A DNA stretch of 63,582 nt, filler included, from Octopus bimaculoides (lineage: Eukaryota): the NCBI RefSeq assembly GCF_001194135.2. It is 3 parts of 2 records of this genome, joined end to end, with 100 filler letters (N's around TTAATTAATTAA, not from the genome) between each part and the next. Parts side by side here need not be neighbours in the genome. Positions count along the whole stretch, not along the records: positions 1 to 26,059 come from NC_068985.1; 2 more parts are not named here. The stretch is one strand, 5' to 3'. Position 1 is the first letter of the stretch; the number at the start of each line of letters is the position of its first letter. This document shows, one piece after another, positions 1-13,457 of this stretch. The translations under genes and the position numbers were made by a program. The notes under the pieces were generated by a model. It saw nothing but the letters and a program-made list of their open reading frames with translations. It did not search any database and had not been told where the DNA came from.

Positions 1-129
1 TATATATATATATATACATATAAGGAGTAAAGCTAGTTCTAAAATCTCTCTAAGAGATGAACGCAGTGGTAGCACTGGCAAGTAATGTTCGTAGCCACCT
101 CAACATATCTGTCCCGTTCGAACAGACTT

Positions 130-240
130 TACTGCGATATTTTTATCCCAAGAGAACATCTCCTCTAGTTGGTTAACGATGCAACACTGCATCCGATATA
201 TTGCGAGCAAGGGAGTGAACCCCTGCCACCTTCTAGCGAT
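130..240 (-). repeat. Unclassified interspersed repeat, second copy at about 62365-62472 (+)
   Basis: Reverse complement CTAGAAGGTGGCAGGGGTTCACTCCCTTGCTCGCAATATAT... aligns by eye with CTAGAAGGTGGTAGGGTTAACTCCCCTGCTTGCAATATAT... at 62368, roughly 75% identical over about 110 bp. Confidence 0.7.
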
Positions 241-541
241 GGGACCAGCAGACCTGCCTTGTTTAGAACTATTTCTGCCTATCTTCAGTACTGACAGTTC
301 GTTTGCTAGAAATGGCTTCTGCTCGCACTCAAAGTACATTGGACGCGAAAACAGGGTCCCTTCCTTGGTCATTCGGACTTTGCTTCTAAATATTCGAGGA
401 GTTGGTCGTGTTTTCACTTCCATAGAAGTTAATCAGCATGAGGAGCTAAGTCCACCTGTTCCTCTATAAATACAACAGCAAATGTTATTATCTCTGATAA
501 CAAGTTTGCAGTTGTAAACATGAATTTTCTTCATTTCTTCA

Positions 542-605
<64 letters not shown>

Positions 606-3211
606 CACACACAAACACGCACATATACATGTATATATGCATGTATACCTTTAAATTACTGTCCTTTCTCATCCCAGAGATTGTCATTTTCTTTTCAATT
701 TCCATTTTAATTTCCTTTTCTTACCATTTCTTACTATTCATATGGCTCTTATCCCTCGTTCACCCATTTTTGTTTAGTTCCCACTTCAGCGGAACAAACA
801 TGTGTATCTACAACTAACACATGTATTCATCATCGCAGACACGCACAAACATACATATATTACATTCATTCCATATTTCTCTCCTCCAAAATCTATTTCC
901 GTTATCTTCCAATATCTCTGATAATAAGTTTGCAGTTTTAAACATGAATTTCTACATGGAAATTTCTCACATAGAACATTTTCTAAATGTATAATACTGT
1001 GTGCACAATTTCTTCTCTTCAATCCATACACAAACAAGCACTTGTACTATTCTTTTGTTCCATTTCCAACTCTTAAAATATATTTCTAAAAACGTTTTTT
1101 AACTAAATCATAATAGAATCATTTCCCTCAAGTTTTATTTATTTCCTTTACTCCGTTCTTATTCGTCTATCATTCTTTCCCCTTCTGTAGTTTCCTGTTT
1201 CATTTAATAATCTATTATTCTCCCTCTATCACTTGCTCCCTTTATACTAATTTCAATAGACATCTTTAACCAATTAAATATATATAATATATCTCGCCAG
1301 CGGCAGATATTTTATTTAGGTCTAAGAAAGAATTACTTTCCTGTAATTTCCACGCTTCGGTGTATCTACCTTCACACATTCATAATCATGCTTATTTTCC
1401 AGTTTTCGATATTTTCATTTTATTACTTTCATGATATAATCTATTCGTATCATAAAATTGTGTAAGACGAATTAAGATATTTAAGACATAATAATTAATA
1501 TAAGCAACTAACAAGCAATTTTTGGTCTAGTCATATTTCAAATCTTTTACATCGTTACAAAATAATAATTATAGAAAAAGAAAAATTGATTTGGCACATG
1601 CAGAAAATATATGCAACTAAAATGCATCAATGTAAACAAATATTGAAGGGTTCATTGATAAATGTAAAAATGCACAACTAACATAAACCCCGCTATTTAA
1701 GGAAGTTGGGACTCGACGCAGTAGCATCTACGTGGTCGCAAATACTTGCTAAAACACTACACAAATCTTCCTCAGCTTATACACTAGCGTATTAGATTTA
1801 TTATCAGATAATGAAAGTATACATATATGTCTGACATATATAACCGATGTGAGCATACATGGGGGAGGGCATTTGATCATAGGATCCACTTTATGAAGAT
1901 TAACCCGATGCTAAGCAACACCTGCAGCAAGCAACGCATTGTTCATATTTTATAAACGCCATAGTTTGCTGGAGGAAGACATTGAATAAGATATACTAGT
2001 TCTGGTCGCTGTATATGCAACTGGGACACAATAACGGTATTGAAATTTATTTAATCATCCATATCAAATTGTGATTGCAATGTAAGTAGTTGAATTCTGA
2101 AACAGTGATTACAAAACTCTATAGCTTCTACCAAGTTGAGCTATATCGGGATAATGAATGGAACTCCGTGTAAACGCTTGATCAGTTAGAAATATCAACT
2201 GGCCTCCGCCACTCAAATCATAACTATTTTAAATACGTATTAGATAAAGATGTCCTAGATTGCATATACCTGAAAAAATATCTTTGATCATTCAGAAATA
2301 ACTTGAGAACGATCAACACAAACAGACTGAACATTAAACCCTTGTCTACAGATATACAATATCTCGTAAAAATTAAGTACCGACCTCCAAATATAGAACC
2401 CTTTAACAGTTATTTTCCTTATATTTTCAGTGCACGCTACGACATTAACATCGAGCAATGGTTATCATAAATTCCATAATCTGTTTATTGATATGACTCC
2501 ATTAATTCTCTGCTTCTACATCTTCAATTATGTGATGGATATATTAATCTGATTAATTTGTTATCTCTGTGGCAGACTGACGAAGCCATTGACATTGGAT
2601 TGTTTCCAAAACTATTTTCTTTAGAGAGCCATCAAATCCTGGGGAATATAATGCAGTTAATATCCTGTTATTGGCGAAGAAAGGTTGTTAATTAATTCGA
2701 TATCTTTCTTTCTATTCATTACACCATATAAATATACGGAATAATAATTAGATTTATTTATTTTGTGTGTTTTATTATCTCTTTTGCAATATTACAATTA
2801 TTATGTTATCATGCAGTTGTGTTAAAGGTGTCCACAGAGTAGCTATCTCATGCTGTTTGGTCAACAGTCTATTATATGATATTACATTACGGAAGCTATT
2901 TGAGAACTATTGAACTATAATTGACTAACAAACCAAGATGCTTTCTATTTCAGGAGATGTGAACTTCATCCCCTTTTCGTTGATAGTTTGATTTCTTCAT
3001 GTATCAACCAGGTGCAGGTGTCTTGGTATTATCTACAAAACTAGACGTTCGTAGATGGTATTAAGTTATGTAACTTTACATAACGATTGCCTGAGTAGAC
3101 TTTGTATTTCTCTTTTGCAAAATCGAAAAATGAATGTACCAGTCAAATTTTGGGGTTAATAAATCTGGTTAAACTCTCCTAAAAATATGTTGTTTTCTGA
3201 CTATAATAGAA

Positions 3212-3526
3212 ATCAATCAATTAACATCAATTTAAACCAATGGTCTAGCATATTTTTTAAAAAATCCGAAGATTTAAAAATTATATTACAATTAATAAGA
3301 GGAATGACCAATAAAGTGGATTCCTATTACATTCTGGCGTTTTTGCTGAGATTTTTCTTGAGAATACACTCTTCGTGGTAAGTCGATTTGACGTCTATCT
3401 TTAGCATATTAGAAATCCATTTCAGTGGTCATTCCTCTTATTAATTGTAATATAATTTTTTAAATCTTCGGATTTTTTTAAAATGTGCTAGACCACTGGT
3501 TTAAACTGATGTTAATTTATTGATAT
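3212..3526. mobile_element. Foldback/MITE-like inverted repeat (about 110-bp arms, about 90-bp spacer)
   Basis: 3212-3322 is the reverse complement of 3414-3526 with few mismatches (e.g. GGTCTAGCA...CCGAAGATTTAAAAA...AAGAGGAATGACCA). Confidence 0.75.
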
Positions 3527-4765
3527 CAATTTCTACCCTCATTATTTAATCTAAAATAGCAATGTTCTCTAACCGGTAAATTTACTACGGTAATTTATTA
3601 TCTGCAGGGTTATTTGCGGCCTCATCGCGCCAAAATGAAGACATTTGAAAGATACCCCCAAATATATTTTGCAGAACTGTGTACGAGTTTTCTTTCGGGT
3701 GAACGTTTCTGTGTATATTTCTGTGAAATATGTTTTGAAATGGGACAGACTACGCTGAGGAGTTACAGATATTTGCATTTTGCATTTTGCATTATGCAAA
3801 TGTTAATAACGAAATCATGATACGTAGGTAATCGTTTTATTTCGTATATTTTCATTTATCTTGATTATTTTTGCATTCTGGCGTTTTCGCTGAGATTTTT
3901 CTTCAGAACACACGCTTCGTGGTAAGGTGATATGACTACGACCATGCTGGAGCACCACATTAATATGTATGTACTGATTATGGAAGTGATGTATAGATAT
4001 TGCATATTAAGGAGGCAGTCATACGAAAGCGCTAATAAAGAATTATACAAAATTCTGACTACCTCCTTCTTTTAATATATATATAAATACATTAGTTTAC
4101 AGGGACAATAGCGAGGATTTGTTTACATGGTACACAATCACTTCGCTCGAGTTTAAGTTAAACCATAGCAAAATAGCTACAAACAACATGAGAAACTACA
4201 ATGCCTCTTTTCTTCATTGAAATATACATCATTATTGCATATAGAAATCAATTATAGAACATACATTTAAATACATACAAGTAAATGATATTGTCTATTC
4301 TCAATTTGAAATTAATAATTGTACTGAATAATTGATAATTTCTCTGAAAATTGTACAAAATGTTTCGGATATTATACATAGATGTGACCTTCATTTGACA
4401 TTATCTTTCATTTGTATATCGACAGAACAAACTAGAATCAGTCTCTGTAATTGACATCGTATATTTTTATCTTATTTGCTAATTTTATGCCCTTCATCTC
4501 CAGTTTTAGCTCTGATCAAGCAGATTAATGTCACACAAAAGGATTTTGAGCACGTCCATAAAGTTTCTTGCTGCACCTAATCCATTGTTAAGTTGTGTTG
4601 GCATATTCCTAGAGAATGAAATGTTGTCAGAAGGTCATTTAGTTATTATTTCTGTTACATGAAATAGATACATATAGGCTTCTTTGCTGGTATCAATTAG
4701 TATTAAAGAAGAGTAACAGACATTGCAATCTGTAGAACGTCAGACATAATATCATCGTGTATATT

Positions 4766-5036
4766 AGTATATATATATAAACAAAATAAAGAAATGGAAC
4801 AAGAACGTAACGGGCGACAACAAAACATTCGGACAGTTAGACGATACAAAAAATGACAGGAAAAAAAAGGACGGGTCATTCGGAGCTTTCAATCATCAGT
4901 CGAGTACCAGATCGTCTTTGCAGTATATATATATAAACAAAATAAAGAAATGGAACAAGAACGTAACGGGCGACAACAAAACATTCGGACAGTTAGACGA
5001 TACAAAAAATGACAGGAAAAAAAAGGACGGGTCATT
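4766..5036. repeat. Identical 115-bp direct duplication (period 156) ending at a gap; Penelope-pLTR-like repeat or assembly artefact
   Basis: 4766-4880 equals 4922-5036; second copy runs into the N gap at 5037. Confidence 0.7.
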
Positions 5037-5046
5037 NNNNNNNNNN

Positions 5047-5504
5047 TATTCCCTTATTGGGATTGTCACATTAAGTTGACAATATTCTACAACTTTGTCG
5101 CTCCACTACTGCTTAAATCTCTCTGAGAGATTTAGAAATATTATATTTCTAATTTTGCTGATCAGTGAATGAACTTCACTATGATTTACATAAGTTTGTG
5201 AATGAGAAACAGGCCTCTCTATCCAGCTGGTACGCTACTTCAGGCTGATGACGAGCAAAGACTCAGAAACATGTCCCTTAATGCTGGCTAGGCTGGGTGG
5301 GGGAGCTTGTTTCCCCTTCACAAACTTAAGGACACAGTAATTGTGTCAAGGCCGACAGGAAGCGGTCCAGCTTCCTAGGGCTAAACGGCAGTAGTGTATT
5401 CCCTTATTGGGATTGTCACATTAAGTTGACAATATACTACAACTTTGTCGCTCCACTACTGCTTAAATCTCTCTGAGAGATTTAGAAATATTATATTTCT
5501 AATT
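5047..5504 (+). mobile_element. 350-bp unit with 108-bp direct terminal repeats and an internal hammerhead; Penelope-pLTR/retrozyme-like
   Basis: 5047-5154 repeats at 5397-5504 with 1 mismatch; internal CTGATGA...GAAACATGTC motif; repeat contains hairpin TAAATCTCTC-T-GAGAGATTTA. Confidence 0.55.
5239..5281 (+). ncRNA. Minimal type I hammerhead ribozyme candidate
   Basis: Stem I TTCAGG/CCTTAA (5 of 6 pairs), CTGATGA 5245-5251, stem II GAG-caaaga-CTC with C.A closing mismatch, GAAA 5266-5269, palindromic ACATGT stem III, GTC cleavage triplet 5273-5275. Confidence 0.6.
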
Positions 5505-6734
5505 ATATATATATGCATATATATCTACGCTTTATATACCAGTATATGCATACATATATAGACATATGTGTGTGTCTGTATCAATGTGTGTGTGTGTGTG
5601 TGTGAGTGTGTGTGCGCACGTGTGTGTGTGCGTGTGTGTATACCAAATTATATTTTTTTTTATATTAGTCGAGTCAGTCTTTTGTTATTCTGAGTTTTAC
5701 CAGTTGGTGCATTCAGAGACGCAACAGACTGACAAGACGAAAATAAGATATCTTTAATCTGTATTATTGTATCACGTACTCTTTCTCTCGACTGTCAATA
5801 CTACAAGGTTATAAGTATGTGTATGTGAGAGGGTACGTATCTACGTAAATGTATTAATACACTTCATGGATGTCTTCTTATTATCTGGTGTATGTAGTTC
5901 ATCTCTATATATTAATTGACAAATTACGATGCGTAGGAATGTGTCTCATACATCTCATTCGTTTCATTGCGTGCGTTTGTGCGTTTAAAGAATCTTTGTC
6001 GTAAAGCAATATTGATAAATCACCAATTCAATCCCGCTGACACTCGCACGCGAACACACTCTCACACACACATGCACACTCACAAATTCATATAAGCTCA
6101 GTTATAGAATAGCACATAGATGTTCATATATATATATATATGCATGTTTGCACACGTGTGCTTGTGTGTGAGTGTGTGTGGGGGGGGGGGATAAACATGT
6201 ATAATGTGATGTCAGTCAATTGTCAGAAATGTCACTGGATTGTGTGCTTATACTCACGATACTATGTTATCGCATGACAAGGATGCGCAGAATCTAACAA
6301 GCAGTGTGCTAGATTTCCGTGTGCATGTAAGCTTTCTGACTTCAAAATCAATCACAAACGTTTACAAAAGAATCATCATACAACGTATAGTAGAACATTG
6401 ATCAAAGAAAGCCGACTGAATACTGTAAATTCGCACGGGAATTTCCCGGGGAAATACCACACAATTTGTATTTCTTGTATTCTCCCTTTGATTATTCGCT
6501 ACATGAAACCGTTTAGCAGTTTATTCATCCATTTATTTATCGTATTCTGCTTCACTATCGTATTCTCTCTATCATACGCCACGCACACAATTCATTCTCT
6601 CTTTTTCATTATGACTTACTATAAATATATGAATATATATACATACATACATATATATATGTATATATATATAGATGCATATACACGCACATAACCTAAA
6701 CGCGCACGCACACACAGAGCAATACCCAAATATT

Positions 6735-6862
6735 GAGGTGTGGTATGTGGTTTCGCTTCCGATTTCAGTGCTTGGTACACTGGGTGTTTCTTAGATTTTG
6801 CCTAGAGTCGACCAAGGTTGTCCGAGTAAATTTGGTAGATAGAAACAGCGGAAGTCCGTCAT
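6735..6862 (+). mobile_element. SINE family A, degenerate copy
   Basis: GACCAAGGTTGTCCGAGTAAATTTGGTAGATAGAAACAGCGGAAGTCCGTCATATG resembles family A body, followed by (TA)n. Confidence 0.5.
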
Positions 6863-7085
6863 ATGTATATATATATATATATATATATATNNNNNNNNNN
6901 NNNNNNNNNNNNNNNNNNNNNNNNNNNNNNNNNNNNNNNNNNNNNNNNNNNNNNNNNNNNNNNNNNNNNNNNNNNNNNNNNNNNNNNNNNNNNNNNNNNN
7001 NNNNNNNNNNNNNNNNNNNNNNNNNNNNNNNNNNNNNNNNNNNNNNNNNNNNNNNNNNNNNNNNNNNNNNNNNNNNNNNNNNNNN

Positions 7086-7117
<32 letters not shown>

Positions 7118-7769
7118 CACAACAGTAATTAAAGAACAAACATCAAATTCGAGTCAACAACCCTATATAAAACACCACGCTTCCATACATTTCATCATAT
7201 ATAAACGTTACCATAGTCTTCAACATATAAAATGAATACATATATAAAAGTACGGAAGGTAAAATAAGTATGTGTGTGTGTGTGTGTGTGTGAGGACACT
7301 GAGATCAAGTATACTACCCCTTTATGTTTTCTGGGTTTTTTTTTTCTACGGATTCCGACCGTGTCTCCAATGTAGATTCTGAATATATAAAAAAAAATAC
7401 TTTTAGAATTTTTGATCCACCCCTTCCTTAACTTTTCAATATTTTCCCAAAATTTTATGGCTAAGGTTAAGGGTTATATACGGATGCACAAACGACACAA
7501 CACGGAGAAATTGACGACTTGTTTCCGAACCGTCCCCCCGCCCAGTGGGGGAACACTTCGCAAACAGTTTTTATATAAAAATATAAAATATATAGAAAAG
7601 TCAATCAGGAAATTGTGTATAGAAATCTACTAAAAAAACCTAATCAAAATGAATTACTAAAAAGTATCAAGCGACTAAAAACCTTAAAAATATGAATCGA
7701 CTTAAAAAAAGACTGCGATGGAGGGACGGAGAAAATATTCAGGAGTGAATATTTATATATTCAGTGTTA

Positions 7770-8250
7770 TTATTGGTGGTATAATGAGGGTTTTAACTCT
7801 TATCTCTAGTAGGCTTTCTGCTGGGTGTTCTATTTAAATCTCCATCAGCCTTTTGTCTATATCTTGGCTTACTGTTCCCAACGCACCAATTATTATGGTC
7901 TCGTCCTTTACTGTTCACGTGCTCCTAATTCTTCCTATTTCAAATTTTAAGGGATTCTATTTCTTTTCTTCACTTTCTTTACGATCCTAGAATCAAACGG
8001 GCATGATGGGTCGGTAAGTAAGCCTCTTCACTTTTCCTTATCTTCTTGTTCTTTTGAATAGATAAGTCCAACGAAATTTTGCATTTTTCCGACTCCAGTA
8101 CTCTTTCGACTTAATGATTATACCATGTTTCAAGCTTCAAATCCCCATTTCTGGCATAGTTTCCAGTGCATAACTTTTACAACATGGTCGTGCCTCTATT
8201 TCTTATATTCTTCCTGTGCCGAATTGGGTCATTCTGCCACAATATATGCC
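7770..8250 (-). mobile_element. R4/Dong-like (RLE) non-LTR retrotransposon 3' fragment, degenerate
   Basis: Minus-strand translation with stops/frameshifts: HIVAE*PNSAQEEYKK*RHDHVVKVMHWKLCQKWG, VERVLESEKCKISLDLSIQ, TIIIGALGTVSQDIDKRL. Confidence 0.75.
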
Positions 8251-9099
8251 ACTATTATTACTATTAGTATTGTATTCACAACATCATCGTCGTCGACAAC
8301 ATCGCTCCCTCCACAGAACTTATTACTTATAGCTAAAACTTATTGATTCTACATTGACGGATACCGATATTGGTACTTTTAAAACAGCTGAAACAGTTCA
8401 ATAGAAAAAGCCTCAAGTGATCGGATGTTCTTCTGGCTGCTCTATATAGTTTATGAAAGACATTTAATTAGTGAAAAGCTGGTATCAGACTCTATTAGTG
8501 GAGATACACAAATATTTGTGTTTGGTAAAAGAATTCGAATTTATAAGTGCAAACACGATACATTTTGAAATACATATTTAGACCGGAGCTAAGAGCGTAC
8601 TTTAAATTCGAAATGTAATATGCTAAATTGATCAGTAAGAAAAATGTTGCAATTAACCTAATTTGTATTAATCTTGGAAAAGGAATATAACCGATTCAGA
8701 GGATATTCATTTTCTTTGAAAGACATATTATTGGTTTCTGATTTATACATCACTTTAGTTTGAATGAGATGGCAAAATCACGTGTGATGTACTTCATAAT
8801 TTTGCAATGACCTTAACAGCAGAATAAAATAAAAAATGAAAATAATGAAATGTAAAGGTTAAGAGTAGATTTATGGTGAGTACTAAAAATATACTAAAAA
8901 AAAAAACTGATATGTCTTTGTCTCTTAATGAAACTGTAAATGTTGGCATGTCGTACTTCCTAAGATATTGTAAAAACAAGTTTCTGCAACTGTGGTGTAA
9001 GATTATTTCAGAGCATAAATTCCTGTAACGAATGTTTAAACAAACTACAAAAAGTTCGGGCCATGCATTTTTATTATTTTTATTTTTTTTTTCTCTCCT

Positions 9100-9259
9100 A
9101 GTTTCTCTTATTGTTTCTTTCTGTGTTCCTTTCTGTTGAAGAGCGTAGGCTCGAAACATTGAAGACTTTCTTTATTCCCGAGCGTTATACTAATACATCC
9201 ATTTGTTGTTTACACCAACTTTTTTCGTGTGTTGTTTTTTCGTGAATTCTCCCTATACA

Positions 9260-9290
<31 letters not shown>
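9100..9290 (+). mobile_element. Penelope-pLTR-like repeat with hammerhead-like motif, copy 1 (copy 2 at 24900-25080)
   Basis: TTTCTGTTGAAGAGCGTAGGCTCGAAACATTGAAGACTTTC...TTCCCGAGCGTTATACTAATACATCC shared with 24937-25008, followed by (TACA)n(TA)n. Confidence 0.55.
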
Positions 9291-9352
<62 letters not shown>

Positions 9353-10242
9353 TTATATGTGTATGTATGTGTTTGTATTCATGCATGTACATAAAATACA
9401 TATATGTACGAAGATATATATATAAATATAGGCATGTATGTATGAGGGTGCTAGTGGTAGTGCGTTGTTCTTCAGCATAGCACTTCTTTTGATGTTGCTC
9501 CAGTTTACTCAGCCTAGTGCTGGTACCACTCGCTTCGCATCCGACAGTTAATTCATCGAATACACATGGCGGTCAAAATTGGGATCGACGTGGATGTATC
9601 CATGTTATCGCATAACTACATGGCTGCATGAATCTTTAATAAAAAATGTGGCACCAACTGTAGTGTTATAGTAGTTGGCAAATACATACGTATGTATGTA
9701 TTTATTATACATATTCCCGTCTATCTATATGTGTGTCTGTTTGTGTGTGTGTATGTGTTTGTGTTTATATGTGTGTGTGTATGTGTATAGTTATGGTATA
9801 TTCTGTTAAGAACTTAGTAGAGTACAGTATAAAGCTCGTCAACCTTCAGATTTACCCTGTGCTATCTAGTAGTAGTATTATATGTACTTCCTGTATTGCA
9901 TTTGGGCTTCTGCCGTGTGTGAATAGATAACTGAAAAAAATTTGGAGTCATCAAGTAACCCCTACTAGCTTCAGGCCACGACAAGCAGAGAGGATGCTCT
10001 TGAAGTCGAGAATTTAAACTTACGGAGACAATATTTACAATTCTCCTGAGGAAAAACAACAAGAACACATAATGCAGGGAAACGGTTGCATAATCAAGTA
10101 CCTGCACGCCTGGAGAACTACGTTGCGTGGAAACAATTGTAGTGAATAAAAATAATTTTCCAGCCATAATTCTTGTTTGATCCAATTTTTTTCAATTACA
10201 TGTATGCATGCGTGCGTGTGTGTGTGTTCGTGTGCTTCTGTT

Positions 10243-10327
<85 letters not shown>

Positions 10328-10404
10328 AAAACACACGTTATTATATATATATATCTTTTTCACTGCGTTCGCACATACTCATGGCTCTCTGTCACCATCT
10401 AATT

Positions 10405-10620
10405 CCATTATTGATCTCAAAATTTGACACAAGGCCGACAATTCATGGGAGGTTTAAGTCGATAACATCGACCCTAGTATTAAACTGGTACCAATTTTAT
10501 CGACGCCGAAACGATGACGGGCAATGTTGATCCCGGCAGCATTTGAAATCAACACATGAAGCCGAATGAAATGCCGGTAAGCACTTTGCCCGGCGTGATA
10601 ACGATTCTGAGTTCCCGACA
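10405..10620 (-). mobile_element. SINE family B
   Basis: AAATTTGACACAAGGCC...TAAGTCGATAACATCGACC...GCACTTTGCCCGGCGTGATAACGATTCTG is the reverse complement of the 12194 element. Confidence 0.75.
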
Positions 10621-10679
10621 CCTTTATCTAATCCAATTAATATGAATTTAAATTGGAAGCTGCAGTCAAGGTGATAAGT

Positions 10680-11163
<484 letters not shown>

Positions 11164-11529
11164 AATGCATGTCTATACTTTCTGAGAGAGAGGACGATAG
11201 ATAGACAGATAGATAGATAGACACATAGATACATAGATAGATACATATATCTTTTTTGTTTCAAACCGTAGAAAGACTGCAGAAATTATAGTCATTTAGG
11301 ATGTATTTGTAGAAAGCTAATGGTATAAATAATCAGCTGTCGTCTAATATATATTGCTATATATGTGTTTCTGAGTATGCTTTTATATATGACTCTGTAT
11401 TTCTGCTTGCCAGAATCCGAGAGCTTATGTATGTGTGTACGTGCATGTATGTGTGTGTATTAATATACAATTTAGAAGAGCAATTTGATCGCATCTTATT
11501 TAAACATTGAACATTCATCTATATACGTC

Positions 11530-11572
<43 letters not shown>

Positions 11573-12193
11573 GTATATGATGATGATGATGATGGTATGC
11601 ATGTCGATTTCATCATGCAGTCATTAAGCACGAAGTAACTTGCATACACACACAGACACGCAAACACTCTCAGACAAACACACAAACAGAGAAATACACA
11701 CACACATACATTCAGATATACAAAATACTTGTAAACGCCATATTAATTTTCTGTTAATAAAGATAGGAGAAACAAAAATTGTTCCTTACATGCAATTTTG
11801 TGCTCAGTTTTCCTATGAATAACTAGAAATACACAATTAATCAATGCACTTTTATATACAAAGCAAACATCTCATAAATATACATAATCTCATTTAAATA
11901 AATATATATAATATATCACCATAAAATTTCTCCTTATTCAGATGCACATTAAACCTTTAATAGAGCTAAATATGCCCTAGAAAGAGAGGATGGAGAAAGT
12001 GCAAGTGTGAAAAAGAACTCACTACCAGTTGTTGATAGAGGATAGGTATATATGTGGAGTATGTGGAGAATGCATTCGAGGGAATGTACATTGTATATTT
12101 GGTATGGTCTATGGAACCCTAAGCGTTACAGAATGTCAAAGAAGAGCTAGCAGGAAATACATAGACGATGCTAAGAAAGAATCTAGATGCCTT

Positions 12194-12427
12194 ACAAGGC
12201 GTCGAGCTGGCACAAACGTTAGCACGCCGGGAGAAATGCTTAGCGGTATTTCGTCTCCGGTTTCGTTCTGAGTTCAAATTCCGCTGAGGTCGACTTTGCC
12301 TTTCATCCTTTCGGGGTCGATAAATTAAGTACCGGTTATGCACTGGAGTCGATGTAATCGACTTAATCTCTTAGTCTGTCTTTGTTTGTACCCTCTATGT
12401 TTAGCCCCTTGTGGGTAATAAGAAAAT
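12194..12427 (+). mobile_element. tRNA-derived SINE family B, full length, 17-bp target-site duplication
   Basis: TSD AAGAATCTAGATGCCTT at 12177-12193 and 12428-12444; B-box-like GAGTTCAAATTCC; CpGs intact. Confidence 0.9.
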
Positions 12428-12825
12428 AAGAATCTAGATGCCTTTCATTGAAAAGCGATGGCGGTGAGATCAGTAGATGTGTATTTGTCGAGCAATTTCC
12501 CTCGAATCGTCTGTATGACGGTGTATGCTCTAAGAACCGAAACACTTAATGTCCACAGGATGTGTCACTCACAATGTGCCCAAGTAAGATATCCTACATG
12601 TTGATGTCTCCCAATGTAATAGTAGCATACCACGTATACATACATCCACATACGATCCAGAACATTCCTTCTTGTCAGCTTATGAATGGGGTTATTAAGT
12701 AACAACCTTGATCCGAAGATTCGGACTGGGGATAGAAAATTGTTTTATCTCTTATTCCTTGTAATTCTGGCGCTCTCTACACACTTTGTCACACTTTAGT
12801 GACTGTGATAACAAATATATATATA

Positions 12826-12837
12826 AAGAGAGAGAGC

Positions 12838-12899
<62 letters not shown>

Positions 12900-12907
12900 G
12901 AGAGTGA

Positions 12908-12978
<71 letters not shown>
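12826..12978. repeat. (GA)n/(GT)n compound microsatellite, with purine-rich tract at 13200-13310 and (TATC)n at 13415-13517 nearby
   Basis: Direct reading. Confidence 0.95.
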
Positions 12979-12980
<2 letters not shown>

Positions 12981-13414
12981 AGGAATTACATATATATATA
13001 TAGGAATTACAAGATGGAATGTAAGCATCTGGAAATATGCAGCTTTGGAAAATTCAAATTTTTTTCCTTTTACAAATGTGCACGGGACGATCCGCAATAC
13101 CGAAAAGCAATGGAACTACATTTCATCAAAAGATTCTCTCCTAAATTGAATATTTGAAAGAAAAGCGGAGACAATACATTTTAAGTATAACTCAAAGAGG
13201 AGAAAAAGAACGAAAGAGGGAAAAAGAAGGAAAGAGGAAGAAAAGGAAAAAGGAAGAAAAGGAAAAAGAAGGGACGAAGGGGGACGAAGAGAGAAAGAAA
13301 ACAAAAAGGTTCAGTGATGACCAAACCACACGTGTTTTATTATTTTTTTTCTTGAAGCGGTCACTATTCTTAAACCTATTTCAATACAACCCCCTTCTCT
13401 TTTTCTCCCTTCCC

Positions 13415-13457
<43 letters not shown>

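Noticed and set aside
100-469. ORFs 100-423 (-) and 179-469 (+), and a CQCYHC cystine-knot-like string in another minus frame near 30-120
   Set aside because: No recognisable homology; the CQCYHC frame is closed by stops just upstream; the region overlaps a dispersed repeat
481-960. About 50-bp similarity between 481-530 and 911-955
   Set aside because: Short decayed local duplication in AT-rich DNA with no further structure
2577-2612. CTGACGA followed by a short hairpin
   Set aside because: No GAAA and no stem I/III partners
4866-4900. Minus-strand CTGATGA...GAAT hammerhead-like relic
   Set aside because: Stem II does not pair, GAAA reads GAAT and stem I is absent; at most a decayed PLE end
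12029-12193. YICGVCGEC zinc-finger-like start of ORF 12029-12271
   Set aside because: No correctly spaced His pair; remainder of the ORF is SINE sequence
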